A stretch of 44,407 bases of DNA. Source: Candidatus Colivivens equi (lineage in GTDB: Bacteria; Bacteroidota; Bacteroidia; Bacteroidales; Bacteroidaceae). Made by a program: the position numbers and the translations under genes. Below are positions 8,816 through 18,223 of this stretch, one piece after another (position 1 is the first letter of the stretch; every line of letters starts with the position of its first letter). The DNA lies in contig JAGHSE010000299.1 of the NCBI GenBank assembly GCA_018066015.1, positions 1 through 44,407 on the forward strand, written 5' to 3'. The notes under the pieces were generated by a model. It ran no database searches. It was not told the DNA's origin and was given only the letters and a program-made list of their open reading frames with translations.

Positions 8816-11233
8816 ATGAAAAAGACTAATCTATTTACCTTATTATTCTTTTGTGCGTTCACATACATGAGCGCACAAGAGATAACATTTTTCACTCCTA
8901 ATACAGTAAGAGTGGTAAAAAATGCTCCTGATACTAGCAAAGAAACGAACCTATCATTCGTTGTAACAGCAAAACCTGAATTAGTAAAAATTAAGATCAA
9001 GACTGTGGGGGACATCACTACATACTCTTCTTCGGTACTCACTGTTGCTGTAAATAATTCTTCAAGACAGGTTACATTTTTTGACTCTAAAGGTAATAAA
9101 CTTATGAGTGAAGCGAGTATGAAATTTACTCCTATTACCCAAGGCCCAGACAAAGGACGTTTTAAGATTCAACAATCATTTGCTCTAGACAAGGATGAGC
9201 CTATTTATGGCATTGGAATGCTCCAAAATGAAAAAATGAACCAACGTGGCGAACATCGGCTTATGATGCAGTCTAATCTTGAAGATTATTCAAACTTTTT
9301 TCAAAGTATAAAAGGCTATGGAATTTACTGGGATAACTACTCCCCTACCCGTATTGATGATGATGCTGAGTTATCGTTAGAAAGTCAGGTCGGTTGCAAA
9401 ATAGATTATTATTTTATGTTTGGCGGAAATGCAGATGGGGTAATCAAAGAAATGCGCAAACTTTCTGGCAAAGTGCCTATGTTACCACTTTGGACGTATG
9501 GGTTTCATCAAAGCAGAGAAAGATACAAATCTTCACAAGAACTTTTAGAGGTTGTGGATACTTATGTGAAAAATGAAGTTCCTTTTGATGGTATCATACA
9601 AGATTGGCAATATTGGGGCAACAATTATTTATGGAATGCTATGGAATTTCTTAGTGATGACTTCAGTAATTACAAGCGTATGATTGACCACATCCATAAT
9701 CTCAGCAAACACATAAGCATTAGTATTTGGGCCAGTTTCGGTCCTGAAACAAAAGCTTTTCGTGAACTAAGCAAAAAAGGTTTATTGTACAGTTTTGAAA
9801 CATGGCCTCAGAGCGGTCTTTCTGCATGGCCTCCTAATATGGACTATCCTAGCCATGTCGTTTGCTACGACGTTTATAGCAAGGAAGCACGTGATATTTA
9901 TTGGAAAAACCTTAGTCGCCTTCATAATGCTGGAATAGACGCTTGGTGGATGGACTCTACTGATCCTGACCATCATTCTTTTAAAGACAGTGATTTAGAT
10001 GAAGAACGTCCTATCACAGACCCTAATACAGGAAAAGATATTATGGGAACATGGAGAAGTGTAAGAAATGCCTTCCCGCTTAAATCAGTAGAAGGTGTCT
10101 ATGAAAATCAACGTGCTATTGACAGTACAAAGCGAGTTTTCATTCTTACTCGTAGTTATTTTGCAGGACAACAACGTACTGGGGCAAACACATGGAGTGG
10201 TGATGTTAGTTCTTCATGGGACAGTTTCCGCAAACAAGTGCCACTTTGTCTCAATTATACACTTACAGCCAATCCAAACGTAAATTCAGATATAGGTGGA
10301 TTCTTTGCTAATGCATACAATAAAGGCTATGCAGATAACACAGCTACAAAAAACCCACTATATCAAGAGTTATATGTGAGATGGATGCAATTTGGACTAT
10401 TTTGTCCTATGATGCGCAGCCATGGCACGGAAGTATTTCGCGAAATTTATCATTTTGGTGAACCTGGCGAACCTATATATGATGCGCTACTTTCTACAAT
10501 TAAGATGAGATATGAAATTATGCCTTATATATATAGTTTGAGTTGGCAAGTAAGTAAAAATGATGATTCTTTTATGAGAGCACTCGTTATGGACTTCAAG
10601 GATGATAAAAAAGTATGGAACAACAATCATGAATACATGTTCGGACATTCATTCCTTGTGGCACCTGTTGTCAATGCGCTTTATACACCTGAAACTACCA
10701 ATATCACAAATGAAATTTCGGGTTGGAACCGCAATAACAAATCATTATATCAAGAAGGATTTACAGCAAATTGGGACAATGTAAAGACTTACGATGTTTA
10801 CCTTCCACAAGGTGCAAAATGGTATGATTATTGGACTAATAAACAATACATAGGAGGACAAACAATTCATGCTGAAGCCCCTATTAGTCATTCTCCACTA
10901 TTTGTTCGCGCAGGTAGCATCATTCCTCTTTGTAAAGCTGACGTACGTAATGCCAATGTTTTAGATTGGAACAATCTGGATATCATGATTTATCCTGGTG
11001 CTAATGCAGAATTTACCCTTTATGAAGATGAAGGGGATAATTACAATTATGAGAAAGGACATTATTCCACTATCACATTCAAATGGAATGACAAACTAAG
11101 AATGCTCACAATAGATAAACGTCTGGGGTCATTCAAAGGAATGCATACATCTCGTAAATTCATGATTCGTGTTGCAAATGCCAATTTCTTCCCTGTTAAA
11201 TATGATGGTAATGCTAAAAGTATTAAATTATGA
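8816..11233 (+). CDS. Glycoside hydrolase family 31 (alpha-xylosidase/alpha-glucosidase type)
   Basis: GIDAWWMDSTDPD (nucleophile region) and LTRSYFAGQQRTGANTWSGDVSSSW (acid/base region) are GH31 hallmarks. Signal peptide present. Confidence 0.85.
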   Translation: MKKTNLFTLLFFCAFTYMSAQEITFFTPNTVRVVKNAPDTSKETNLSFVVTAKPELVKIKIKTVGDITTYSSSVLTVAVNNSSRQVTFFDSKGNKLMSEASMKFTPITQGPDKGRFKIQQSFALDKDEPIYGIGMLQNEKMNQRGEHRLMMQSNLEDYSNFFQSIKGYGIYWDNYSPTRIDDDAELSLESQVGCKIDYYFMFGGNADGVIKEMRKLSGKVPMLPLWTYGFHQSRERYKSSQELLEVVDTYVKNEVPFDGIIQDWQYWGNNYLWNAMEFLSDDFSNYKRMIDHIHNLSKHISISIWASFGPETKAFRELSKKGLLYSFETWPQSGLSAWPPNMDYPSHVVCYDVYSKEARDIYWKNLSRLHNAGIDAWWMDSTDPDHHSFKDSDLDEERPITDPNTGKDIMGTWRSVRNAFPLKSVEGVYENQRAIDSTKRVFILTRSYFAGQQRTGANTWSGDVSSSWDSFRKQVPLCLNYTLTANPNVNSDIGGFFANAYNKGYADNTATKNPLYQELYVRWMQFGLFCPMMRSHGTEVFREIYHFGEPGEPIYDALLSTIKMRYEIMPYIYSLSWQVSKNDDSFMRALVMDFKDDKKVWNNNHEYMFGHSFLVAPVVNALYTPETTNITNEISGWNRNNKSLYQEGFTANWDNVKTYDVYLPQGAKWYDYWTNKQYIGGQTIHAEAPISHSPLFVRAGSIIPLCKADVRNANVLDWNNLDIMIYPGANAEFTLYEDEGDNYNYEKGHYSTITFKWNDKLRMLTIDKRLGSFKGMHTSRKFMIRVANANFFPVKYDGNAKSIKL

Positions 11234-11712
11234 AATTTCTAATTTCTTTTGTCTTATGCGTAGTAATTTGTGTTAATATTAATGCACAACATACAAAAAT
11301 ATACAACGAGGATATTGACAGAACTACTCAAATTAAAGAGGCCTTATCCAAGGCTAAATCTGAAAACAAATATGTCATTTGCCAAGTTGGAGGTAATTGG
11401 TGTGTTTGGTGCTTAAGATTTGCTAAATTTATCTCCGAAGATGCAGAGATCAATAAAGTCGTTCAAGACAATTTTATATACATTCATGTTAATTATCCCA
11501 GCAAAGACAAGGAACAAGATAAACTTTTAATGATTCGATTCAATAACGCTGGTCGTTTTGGCTACCCTGTACCTGTTGTCCTTGATGCTGACGGAAATGT
11601 AATGCATCTACAGGATAGTGGATATCTGGAAAATGGACAAAGTTATGACAAAGAAAAAGTTCTGCGTTTCTTTAATAACTGGTCTCCAAAGTCTGTAAAA
11701 ACAATCAAATAA
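11230..11712 (+). CDS. Thioredoxin-fold protein (WCxxC, thioredoxin_7/DUF255-like), secreted
   Basis: GGNWCVWCLRF redox motif and a signal peptide. ATGA overlap with the GH31 stop. Confidence 0.7.
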   Translation: MKFLISFVLCVVICVNINAQHTKIYNEDIDRTTQIKEALSKAKSENKYVICQVGGNWCVWCLRFAKFISEDAEINKVVQDNFIYIHVNYPSKDKEQDKLLMIRFNNAGRFGYPVPVVLDADGNVMHLQDSGYLENGQSYDKEKVLRFFNNWSPKSVKTIK

Positions 11713-11731
11713 CAACAAAAAAATCACTCAA

Positions 11732-14122
11732 ATGAAAAAGAATAATCTACTTCTATTATGTTTAATCTGTATTTCTCTTACCATAGAGGCTCAAGATAAA
11801 TTGTACAAAAACGAATTTCCATTATCTGACGTCACTCTGCTTGACGGACCTCTTAAGCGGGCAAGAGATTTGAATATCCAAACTCTGCTTAAATACGATT
11901 GCGATCGTCTCCTTGCACCTTATCGCAAGGAAGCTGGTCTTACTCCTAAAGCTAAAGCTTACCCTAATTGGGATGGTTTAGATGGTCACGTCGGTGGACA
12001 TTATTTGTCAGCAATGGCAATGAATGCCGCTACAGGAAATAAAGAATGTGAAGAACGTATGTTGTACATGATTAATGAACTAAAGGAATGTGTGGAAGCC
12101 AATGGTAAAAATAATCCTGAATGGGGCATTAACTATGTTGGAGGTATGCCAAATAGCGCAAATATATGGAGTCGATTCCAGAAAGGTGATTTCAGCGTTT
12201 TCAATGGGGCCTGGGCTCCTTTCTATAATCTTCATAAAATGTATGCTGGTCTTAGAGATGCTTGGCTATATTGCGGTAATGAAGAGGCAAAGACTCTATT
12301 CGTCCATTTCTGTGATTGGGCGATTTCGCTTACTGCCAATCTATCCAACGAACAAATGGAGCGCATGCTCGGGATGGAACATGGTGGTATGAACGAAGTA
12401 CTTGCTGATGCTTATGCAATTACTGGACAGAAAAAATATATGGATTGTGCTATACGTTTCTCTCATAAATGGTTATTAAATGCAATGGAGAGCCACACAG
12501 ATAATCTTGATAATGTCCATGCTAACACTCAGGTTCCAAAGGCTGTAGGATTCCAACGTATTGCTGAACTCATCAATAATGCTGACTATCATTATGCTAG
12601 CCAATTTTTTTGGGATGTAGTTACTCGTGACCGTACGATTGCAATTGGTGGAAATAGCCGCAGAGAGCATTTTCCTAGTAAGGAATCAAGCATTGACCTT
12701 ATCAATGACATTGATGGCCCTGAATCATGTAATACTAATAATATGTTGAAACTTACTGAAGAATTACATCGTGCAAATCCAGATAATGCTGAATATGCGG
12801 ATTATTATGAGTTGGCCACATTCAATCATATTCTCTCCACTCAGCATCCTGAACATGGGGGATACGTATATTTCACACCTGCACGCCCACGACATTATCG
12901 CAATTACTCTGCCCCCAATGAAGCTATGTGGTGCTGCGTGGGTACTGGTATGGAAAATCATGCAAAGTACGGACAATTTATATATACTACCGATCTTGAA
13001 CGCGACAACGATTTATATGTAAATTTATTTGTTGCTTCTGAATTAAAATGGAAAGAAAAGGGTATAATAATAAGACAAGAGACTAATTTTCCTTATTCAG
13101 AATCTTCACATATTACCATTCAGAAGGGAAAGGGGCTCTTCGTTATGAATATTCGCTATCCTTCATGGGTACAAGATGGTGCACTTAAGATTTTAGTAAA
13201 CGGGCAAGCCGTTTCATACAATAAAAAACCAGGTTCATATATTAGAATTCTTCGTAACTGGAAAAAGGGTGATGTTATTGAAGTTCAATTTCCTATGCAC
13301 ACTTATCTCAAACATCTGCCAAATGTTCCTCAATATGTTGCAATTATGCATGGTCCGATTCTTCTTGGCATGAAGACTGGCACGGAAGATATGGCTCACC
13401 TTATTGCTGATGATAGTCGTTTCGGTCAGTATGCTAGTGGGAAAAAACTACCTATTGACCAAGCTCCATACCTTATTGCACATAATGTTGAGGACATAGC
13501 AAACGATCTCGTGCCTATTCAAGGAAAGCCATTGCATTTCACTTTGAAAACACGTATGAATAATCCAATAAAAGGTGAACTTCAGCCATTCTTTGAGATT
13601 CATGACTCTCGCTACATGATGTATTGGCTTGCACTTAGTGACGAGGATTATAAGTCATATATGGAAGCCCTTGCAAAGGCAGAACGTGAACGACAAGCTC
13701 TTGACGCACGCACTACTGACAAGGTTCAGCCAGGCGAGCAACAACCTGAGACCGACCATCAGATGCAAACAGATCAATCTAACAAGGGTTATACTAATGA
13801 TATTCCATTCCGTGATGCACGCAATGGACACTATTTCAGTTATATGATGAATACTAATGGTAAAACTAACCTCAGTATTCGTCTGAAATTTTGGGGACAA
13901 GATGAATGGAAGAGTTGTGAATTTGACATCTATGTTGATGAGCAACTCATAAAGTCTGTCAACAACACTCGTAAATGGCGTACTTCTCAATTCAAGTACG
14001 AAGAATACCCTATTCCTGCAAACCTACTTGAAAATAAGAAACAAGTACGCATCAAATTTCAGGCACATTCTCGTACTCAAGTTGGTGAACTCTACGAAAT
14101 TCGTTTAGTGCAACCTAAATAA
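11732..14122 (+). CDS. Glycoside hydrolase family 127-like (DUF1680, beta-L-arabinofuranosidase family)
   Basis: LDGHVGGHYLSAMA and EAMWCCVGTGMENHAKYG (Cys-Cys catalytic/zinc region) are typical of the HypBA1 family. Signal peptide present. Confidence 0.75.
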   Translation: MKKNNLLLLCLICISLTIEAQDKLYKNEFPLSDVTLLDGPLKRARDLNIQTLLKYDCDRLLAPYRKEAGLTPKAKAYPNWDGLDGHVGGHYLSAMAMNAATGNKECEERMLYMINELKECVEANGKNNPEWGINYVGGMPNSANIWSRFQKGDFSVFNGAWAPFYNLHKMYAGLRDAWLYCGNEEAKTLFVHFCDWAISLTANLSNEQMERMLGMEHGGMNEVLADAYAITGQKKYMDCAIRFSHKWLLNAMESHTDNLDNVHANTQVPKAVGFQRIAELINNADYHYASQFFWDVVTRDRTIAIGGNSRREHFPSKESSIDLINDIDGPESCNTNNMLKLTEELHRANPDNAEYADYYELATFNHILSTQHPEHGGYVYFTPARPRHYRNYSAPNEAMWCCVGTGMENHAKYGQFIYTTDLERDNDLYVNLFVASELKWKEKGIIIRQETNFPYSESSHITIQKGKGLFVMNIRYPSWVQDGALKILVNGQAVSYNKKPGSYIRILRNWKKGDVIEVQFPMHTYLKHLPNVPQYVAIMHGPILLGMKTGTEDMAHLIADDSRFGQYASGKKLPIDQAPYLIAHNVEDIANDLVPIQGKPLHFTLKTRMNNPIKGELQPFFEIHDSRYMMYWLALSDEDYKSYMEALAKAERERQALDARTTDKVQPGEQQPETDHQMQTDQSNKGYTNDIPFRDARNGHYFSYMMNTNGKTNLSIRLKFWGQDEWKSCEFDIYVDEQLIKSVNNTRKWRTSQFKYEEYPIPANLLENKKQVRIKFQAHSRTQVGELYEIRLVQPK

Positions 14123-14147
14123 TTCCCACTTCTGGGGGAGGCATTTT

Positions 14148-15452
14148 CTATGCAGAATACTTCCGCGGTAATCTAAAAATGATGGCAATGATAGCTGATA
14201 GTCCTACCAACATTGGGTAGTACAAATATGGTATCATTGCCATTGTTGTAATTCCAGCAAGTGATGATGCTGCAAGTAATTGAGCGCCATAAGGCAGCAA
14301 CCCCTGGGTTACGCAGGCAAAAATGTCCAATATACTTGCTACCTTTCTATTGTCTAATCCATACTTATCGCTGATTTTCTTTGCAATATTGCTGACTGAT
14401 AGGATTGCTACAGTATTTACTGCAGTGCATATATTCGCAACTATAACTAACAGACTGATACCAAACTCTGCACTCCTTTTGCCTTTCATAATCCTTGCCA
14501 TCTGACTTAACAAATAATCTAGTCCTCTATTATCTTCTATCAATGCCATCAAACCTGCTGCCAAAATAGTTACCACACATACCTCTTGCATACTGAACAG
14601 ACCTTCACTCATAGCAGTCAACAAGCCATAGAAATCATATTGACCATATACTATGCCCAAAGTCGCAGCCAAAACTATACCTATTGACAACACAATTAAG
14701 ACATCAAAGCCACATACTGCGAGAACTATCACAACTGCATAAGGCAGTATTTTTAAGAAGTTTACATCATATTCTGTTGAAATACCTTCCTGTCCAACTC
14801 CTATGTATATATAATATACTATCAATAATATAGCTGCGGGGAATACTATCTGGAAATTTACCCTAAACTTATCCTTCATTTCACATCCCTGAGTAGACGT
14901 TGCTACAATAGTGGTGTCAGAAACAAACGATAAATTGTCTCCAAAGAAAGAACCGCCTACTATGATTGCCATCACCAACGATATATCTGCATTTATGCTT
15001 TCTGCCAATCCAACACCTATTGGTACTAAGGTAAGAACTGTTCCCAATGATGTTCCAGTAGCCATAGAAACCAAGCATGACGAGACAAACAATGCTACAT
15101 ATATATAACTTGGAGGAAAGATATTAAGAGTAAGCTTTACTGTCTCATCAAAACACCCTGTCACTTTTGCTACATTAGCAAAAATACCTGCAAGAAAAAA
15201 TAGCCATATTATGAACATCACATTAGCCTTTCCTGCTCCACGTCCAAATATCAGCACTTTATCAGACAATGATTTATTACGAATAATACACACCCCATAC
15301 ACTGAAGATAACAAAAAGGCAATAGCTAACGGTACTTTACCAAAGTCGTTTGCCAACAATGATGTTAATAAATAAAATACAATAAAAAAAATCATTGGAC
15401 TTATTGCCAACAATCCCTTTAGATGTTTATTTGTTTTAATTTGATTTTTCAT
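14148..15452 (-). CDS. nhaC: NhaC-family Na+/H+ antiporter
   Basis: Polytopic membrane protein with GGSFFGDNLSFVSDTTIVATSTQG, an NhaC-type motif. I prefer ATG 15452 (MKNQIKTNKHL) over the track start at 15494, because a TAATTTTG box sits at 15471-15478. Confidence 0.75.
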   Translation of the reverse strand: MKNQIKTNKHLKGLLAISPMIFFIVFYLLTSLLANDFGKVPLAIAFLLSSVYGVCIIRNKSLSDKVLIFGRGAGKANVMFIIWLFFLAGIFANVAKVTGCFDETVKLTLNIFPPSYIYVALFVSSCLVSMATGTSLGTVLTLVPIGVGLAESINADISLVMAIIVGGSFFGDNLSFVSDTTIVATSTQGCEMKDKFRVNFQIVFPAAILLIVYYIYIGVGQEGISTEYDVNFLKILPYAVVIVLAVCGFDVLIVLSIGIVLAATLGIVYGQYDFYGLLTAMSEGLFSMQEVCVVTILAAGLMALIEDNRGLDYLLSQMARIMKGKRSAEFGISLLVIVANICTAVNTVAILSVSNIAKKISDKYGLDNRKVASILDIFACVTQGLLPYGAQLLAASSLAGITTMAMIPYLYYPMLVGLSAIIAIIFRLPRKYSA

Positions 15453-15470
15453 ACATATCACAAATTGTTG

Positions 15471-15478
15471 CAAAATTA
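15471..15478 (-). promoter_or_regulatory. Bacteroidota -7 box (TAATTTTG) for nhaC
   Basis: Reverse complement of caaaatta, 19 nt upstream of ATG 15452. Confidence 0.4.
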
Positions 15479-15637
15479 CTAAAAAGTTACGCAAAACTTC
15501 ACAAACTTTCTAAAAGTTTATGAATTATTATGTAAATTCCCCAATTTTATTACGAATTATAGTTAAGATATTATTGTGCAATCAAAACCTTTTCTTCGTT
15601 TTTTATCTACGTTGTTTTATTAATCATTTTTTTTATC

Positions 15638-15645
15638 TAAATTTG
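15638..15645 (+). promoter_or_regulatory. Bacteroidota -7 box (TAAATTTG) for riboflavin synthase
   Basis: TAnnTTTG match 58 nt upstream of ATG 15704. Confidence 0.4.
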
Positions 15646-15703
15646 TCAGCAAAATAAGTATAGGTAATTCATCACAAGACAAAAACTAAAAAATTAAATT
15701 AAC

Positions 15704-16315
15704 ATGTTTTCTGGAATAGTTGAAGAGACAGCAACAGTAATTGCCATTGAACACGAGTTAGACAATATTCATTTTACCCTTAAATGCTCATTTGTGGACG
15801 AGCTGAAGATTGATCAAAGTGTTAGTCATAATGGGGTGTGTCTTACTGTAGTAAAGATTTCAAACGGAACTTATACTGTCACTGCGATGAAAGAAACGCT
15901 TGATCGCTCAAATCTTGGACTTTTGAATGTGGGCGATGAAGTGAATATAGAACGTAGCATGAAGATGGAAGGCCTTCTTGACGGTCATATTGTGCAGGGG
16001 CATATTGATTGTACGGCTCATTGCACCAACGTAGAGGACGCTAATGGAAGTTGGATATACACATTTATGTATGAGTTCGACAAAGAAATGGCGAAAAAGG
16101 GATATTTCTGTGTTGATAAGGGTTCGGTTTCAGTAAATGGAGTATCATTGACTGTTTGCAATCCCACCCATAACTCTTTCCAGGTATGCATAATACCATA
16201 CACTCATTCAATAACTAATTTCCACAATATCAGTCCAGGAACAATAGTCAATCTTGAATTTGACATTCTCGGAAAATATATCGCAAAATATTCTTCACTA
16301 ATTAATAATAATTAA
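15704..16315 (+). CDS. ribE: Riboflavin synthase alpha subunit
   Basis: MFSGIVEE start, an internal duplication of the lumazine-binding repeat (SHNGVCLTV / SVNGVSLTV), and about 200 aa length. Confidence 0.9.
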   Translation: MFSGIVEETATVIAIEHELDNIHFTLKCSFVDELKIDQSVSHNGVCLTVVKISNGTYTVTAMKETLDRSNLGLLNVGDEVNIERSMKMEGLLDGHIVQGHIDCTAHCTNVEDANGSWIYTFMYEFDKEMAKKGYFCVDKGSVSVNGVSLTVCNPTHNSFQVCIIPYTHSITNFHNISPGTIVNLEFDILGKYIAKYSSLINNN

Positions 16316-16317
16316 AC

Positions 16318-16716
16318 ATGAAATATCTTTCTTTTATTTTAGCTTTTTGTTGTGTTGTATTTGTATCGTGTGATAATGACGACAAGACATCTGTTCCACC
16401 AACACTTGCTTCAATGGTTTTACCTGAAGAATGTACTGGTGGAGATACCCTAAATGTAGTAGTTAAAGTAGCTGATCACGGTAAATATTGTTCTTGGTAT
16501 AAGGGTACTGTGCAGTATAATGGCACATCAAAAACATTCAGTATTACCCCTGATGAATATGGTGACTTACGTTTCATAATGGTTGCTCCTGAAGCAAATA
16601 CGCTCATGAATGTATCATTTTTTGCTACTGTGTCATGCCATGCTGGCAATACGTTATACATGACAACTAACACAGTTTCAGCCAAGACTTACGTAAACTA
16701 CGAAGATGGTGAGTAG
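16318..16716 (+). CDS. Hypothetical lipoprotein
   Basis: Signal peptide with a lipobox-like VFVSC-DND. No recognisable domain. Confidence 0.55.
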   Translation: MKYLSFILAFCCVVFVSCDNDDKTSVPPTLASMVLPEECTGGDTLNVVVKVADHGKYCSWYKGTVQYNGTSKTFSITPDEYGDLRFIMVAPEANTLMNVSFFATVSCHAGNTLYMTTNTVSAKTYVNYEDGE

Positions 16717-16718
16717 TA

Positions 16719-18137
16719 GTGGTTCATTCACTAACTTCTAATATTACCCCTCCGGAACATTTTACATTTCCGTTTGATTACACACCTCATCCGCTAGTTC
16801 TTCATGCTGGCAATGAAGTGCAGGAACATTTGAAAAGAAGGTGCATAGACTCTAAGTCTCAAGGTAAGATGTACGGAGTACTTGTTGCCTTCACTAGTGA
16901 AGGCACATTATCATTCATTGCGGCCTCATCTGGTAGTAGCACTTCAGATAAATATTTCGTACCTTCAATATACGAATTACCAAAGAACTCTATCCCTACC
17001 AATGCCAACAAATCAAGAGAACTGCAACTAAACTTGTTTCGACAATACCATCTTCTCAATGCTCATCAGCAATCAAAAGATATAATTGAAATTTTTCAGG
17101 ATTTTCATTCCGATACCCCAACTCGACGTTTTTTCGGAATGCCTCGGGATTTAGTTTCTCCTACTAGTAACACAGAGCACATACCTCCTGCAGCCACGGG
17201 AGAATGTTGTGCGCCCAAATTGCTTCAATATGCATATCTGCACAATCTACGACCTCTGTGTATGGGCGAATTTTGGTGGGGTCAATCACCTAAAGGTGAA
17301 ATAAAACATCACGGACAATGGTATCCTGCTTGCAATAGTAAATGTAAACCTCTACTAAGTTGGATGCTACAAGGTATTGATGTTGAGCCCAATCCTTTAT
17401 TGATAAGGATACAAAAGACAGTGCATCAACTACAGATAATATATGAAGACAACGATATCGTAGTTGTAAATAAACCTTCAGGTTTACTCAGTGTTCCTGG
17501 CAATTTTATTGCTCCTAATGTAGAAGAAATTATACGGCATAGATATCATATTGACAATGATACTCCTACAATAGTGCATCGTCTTGATATGGATACTTCT
17601 GGAATCATGATATTGGCACGCACAAAAGATGCGCACGAAACATTGCAACGTCAATTCTTCCGACACGAAATACATAAAAAATATATTGCACTACTTGTAC
17701 ATGACTCAACTCACGATGCTAATAAGAATGTGCACTATTCATCTCTATCATCAAATGGCCTCATGATTTCACTTCCTATCTCACGAGATGCCAAGAATCC
17801 TCCATGTCAAAAAATTAATCACATACAAGGCAAAGAAGCCCTGACACGTTATGACATTATTGGCAATGAAATCTTTAATGGTCTTGAGGTAACTCGAGTA
17901 GCATTCTATCCACTCACTGGGCGTACGCACCAATTACGTCTTCATGCCGCCTCACAAGAAGGACTCAATGCTCCAATTTTGGGTGATAGTCTCTATGGAC
18001 TAAAGTCATACAATTTGGTTGATTCTTCTCAATCTTCATTTTCCCCAACTCGACTATATCTACAAGCTATAGCTATTGATTTTTTCCATCCCACTACTCA
18101 TAAGTCAATACACTTAGAGGTGAAAGAAGAATTTTAA
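16719..18137 (+). CDS. RluA-family pseudouridine synthase with a roughly 240-aa Cys-containing N-terminal extension
   Basis: GTG start. The C-terminal half has VVNKPSGLLSVPG, the catalytic HRLDMDTSGIMILART, and GRTHQLRLH. The N-terminal half is not a standard S4 domain. Confidence 0.85.
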   Translation: MVHSLTSNITPPEHFTFPFDYTPHPLVLHAGNEVQEHLKRRCIDSKSQGKMYGVLVAFTSEGTLSFIAASSGSSTSDKYFVPSIYELPKNSIPTNANKSRELQLNLFRQYHLLNAHQQSKDIIEIFQDFHSDTPTRRFFGMPRDLVSPTSNTEHIPPAATGECCAPKLLQYAYLHNLRPLCMGEFWWGQSPKGEIKHHGQWYPACNSKCKPLLSWMLQGIDVEPNPLLIRIQKTVHQLQIIYEDNDIVVVNKPSGLLSVPGNFIAPNVEEIIRHRYHIDNDTPTIVHRLDMDTSGIMILARTKDAHETLQRQFFRHEIHKKYIALLVHDSTHDANKNVHYSSLSSNGLMISLPISRDAKNPPCQKINHIQGKEALTRYDIIGNEIFNGLEVTRVAFYPLTGRTHQLRLHAASQEGLNAPILGDSLYGLKSYNLVDSSQSSFSPTRLYLQAIAIDFFHPTTHKSIHLEVKEEF

Positions 18138-18178
18138 AAACACTTCTCTTTTATTACTTCTAATTCGTAATTATTTAT

Positions 18179-18186
18179 TATATTTG
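18179..18186 (+). promoter_or_regulatory. Bacteroidota -7 box (TATATTTG) for the flippase/GT2 pair
   Basis: TAnnTTTG match 38 nt upstream of ATG 18224. Confidence 0.4.
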
Positions 18187-18223
18187 CACTCAAAATAACC
18201 AATATTTATTCCTCATTTCAGAA

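Noticed and set aside
2313-14122. The CotH/GH31/GH127 cluster as a polysaccharide utilisation locus
   Set aside because: No SusC/SusD-like pair or hybrid two-component/ECF regulator is present in the window, so calling it a PUL is unsupported.
15495-15703. Possible FMN riboswitch upstream of riboflavin synthase
   Set aside because: The region is very AT-rich and lacks the GC-rich conserved helices expected of an FMN element. I see only a -7 promoter box.
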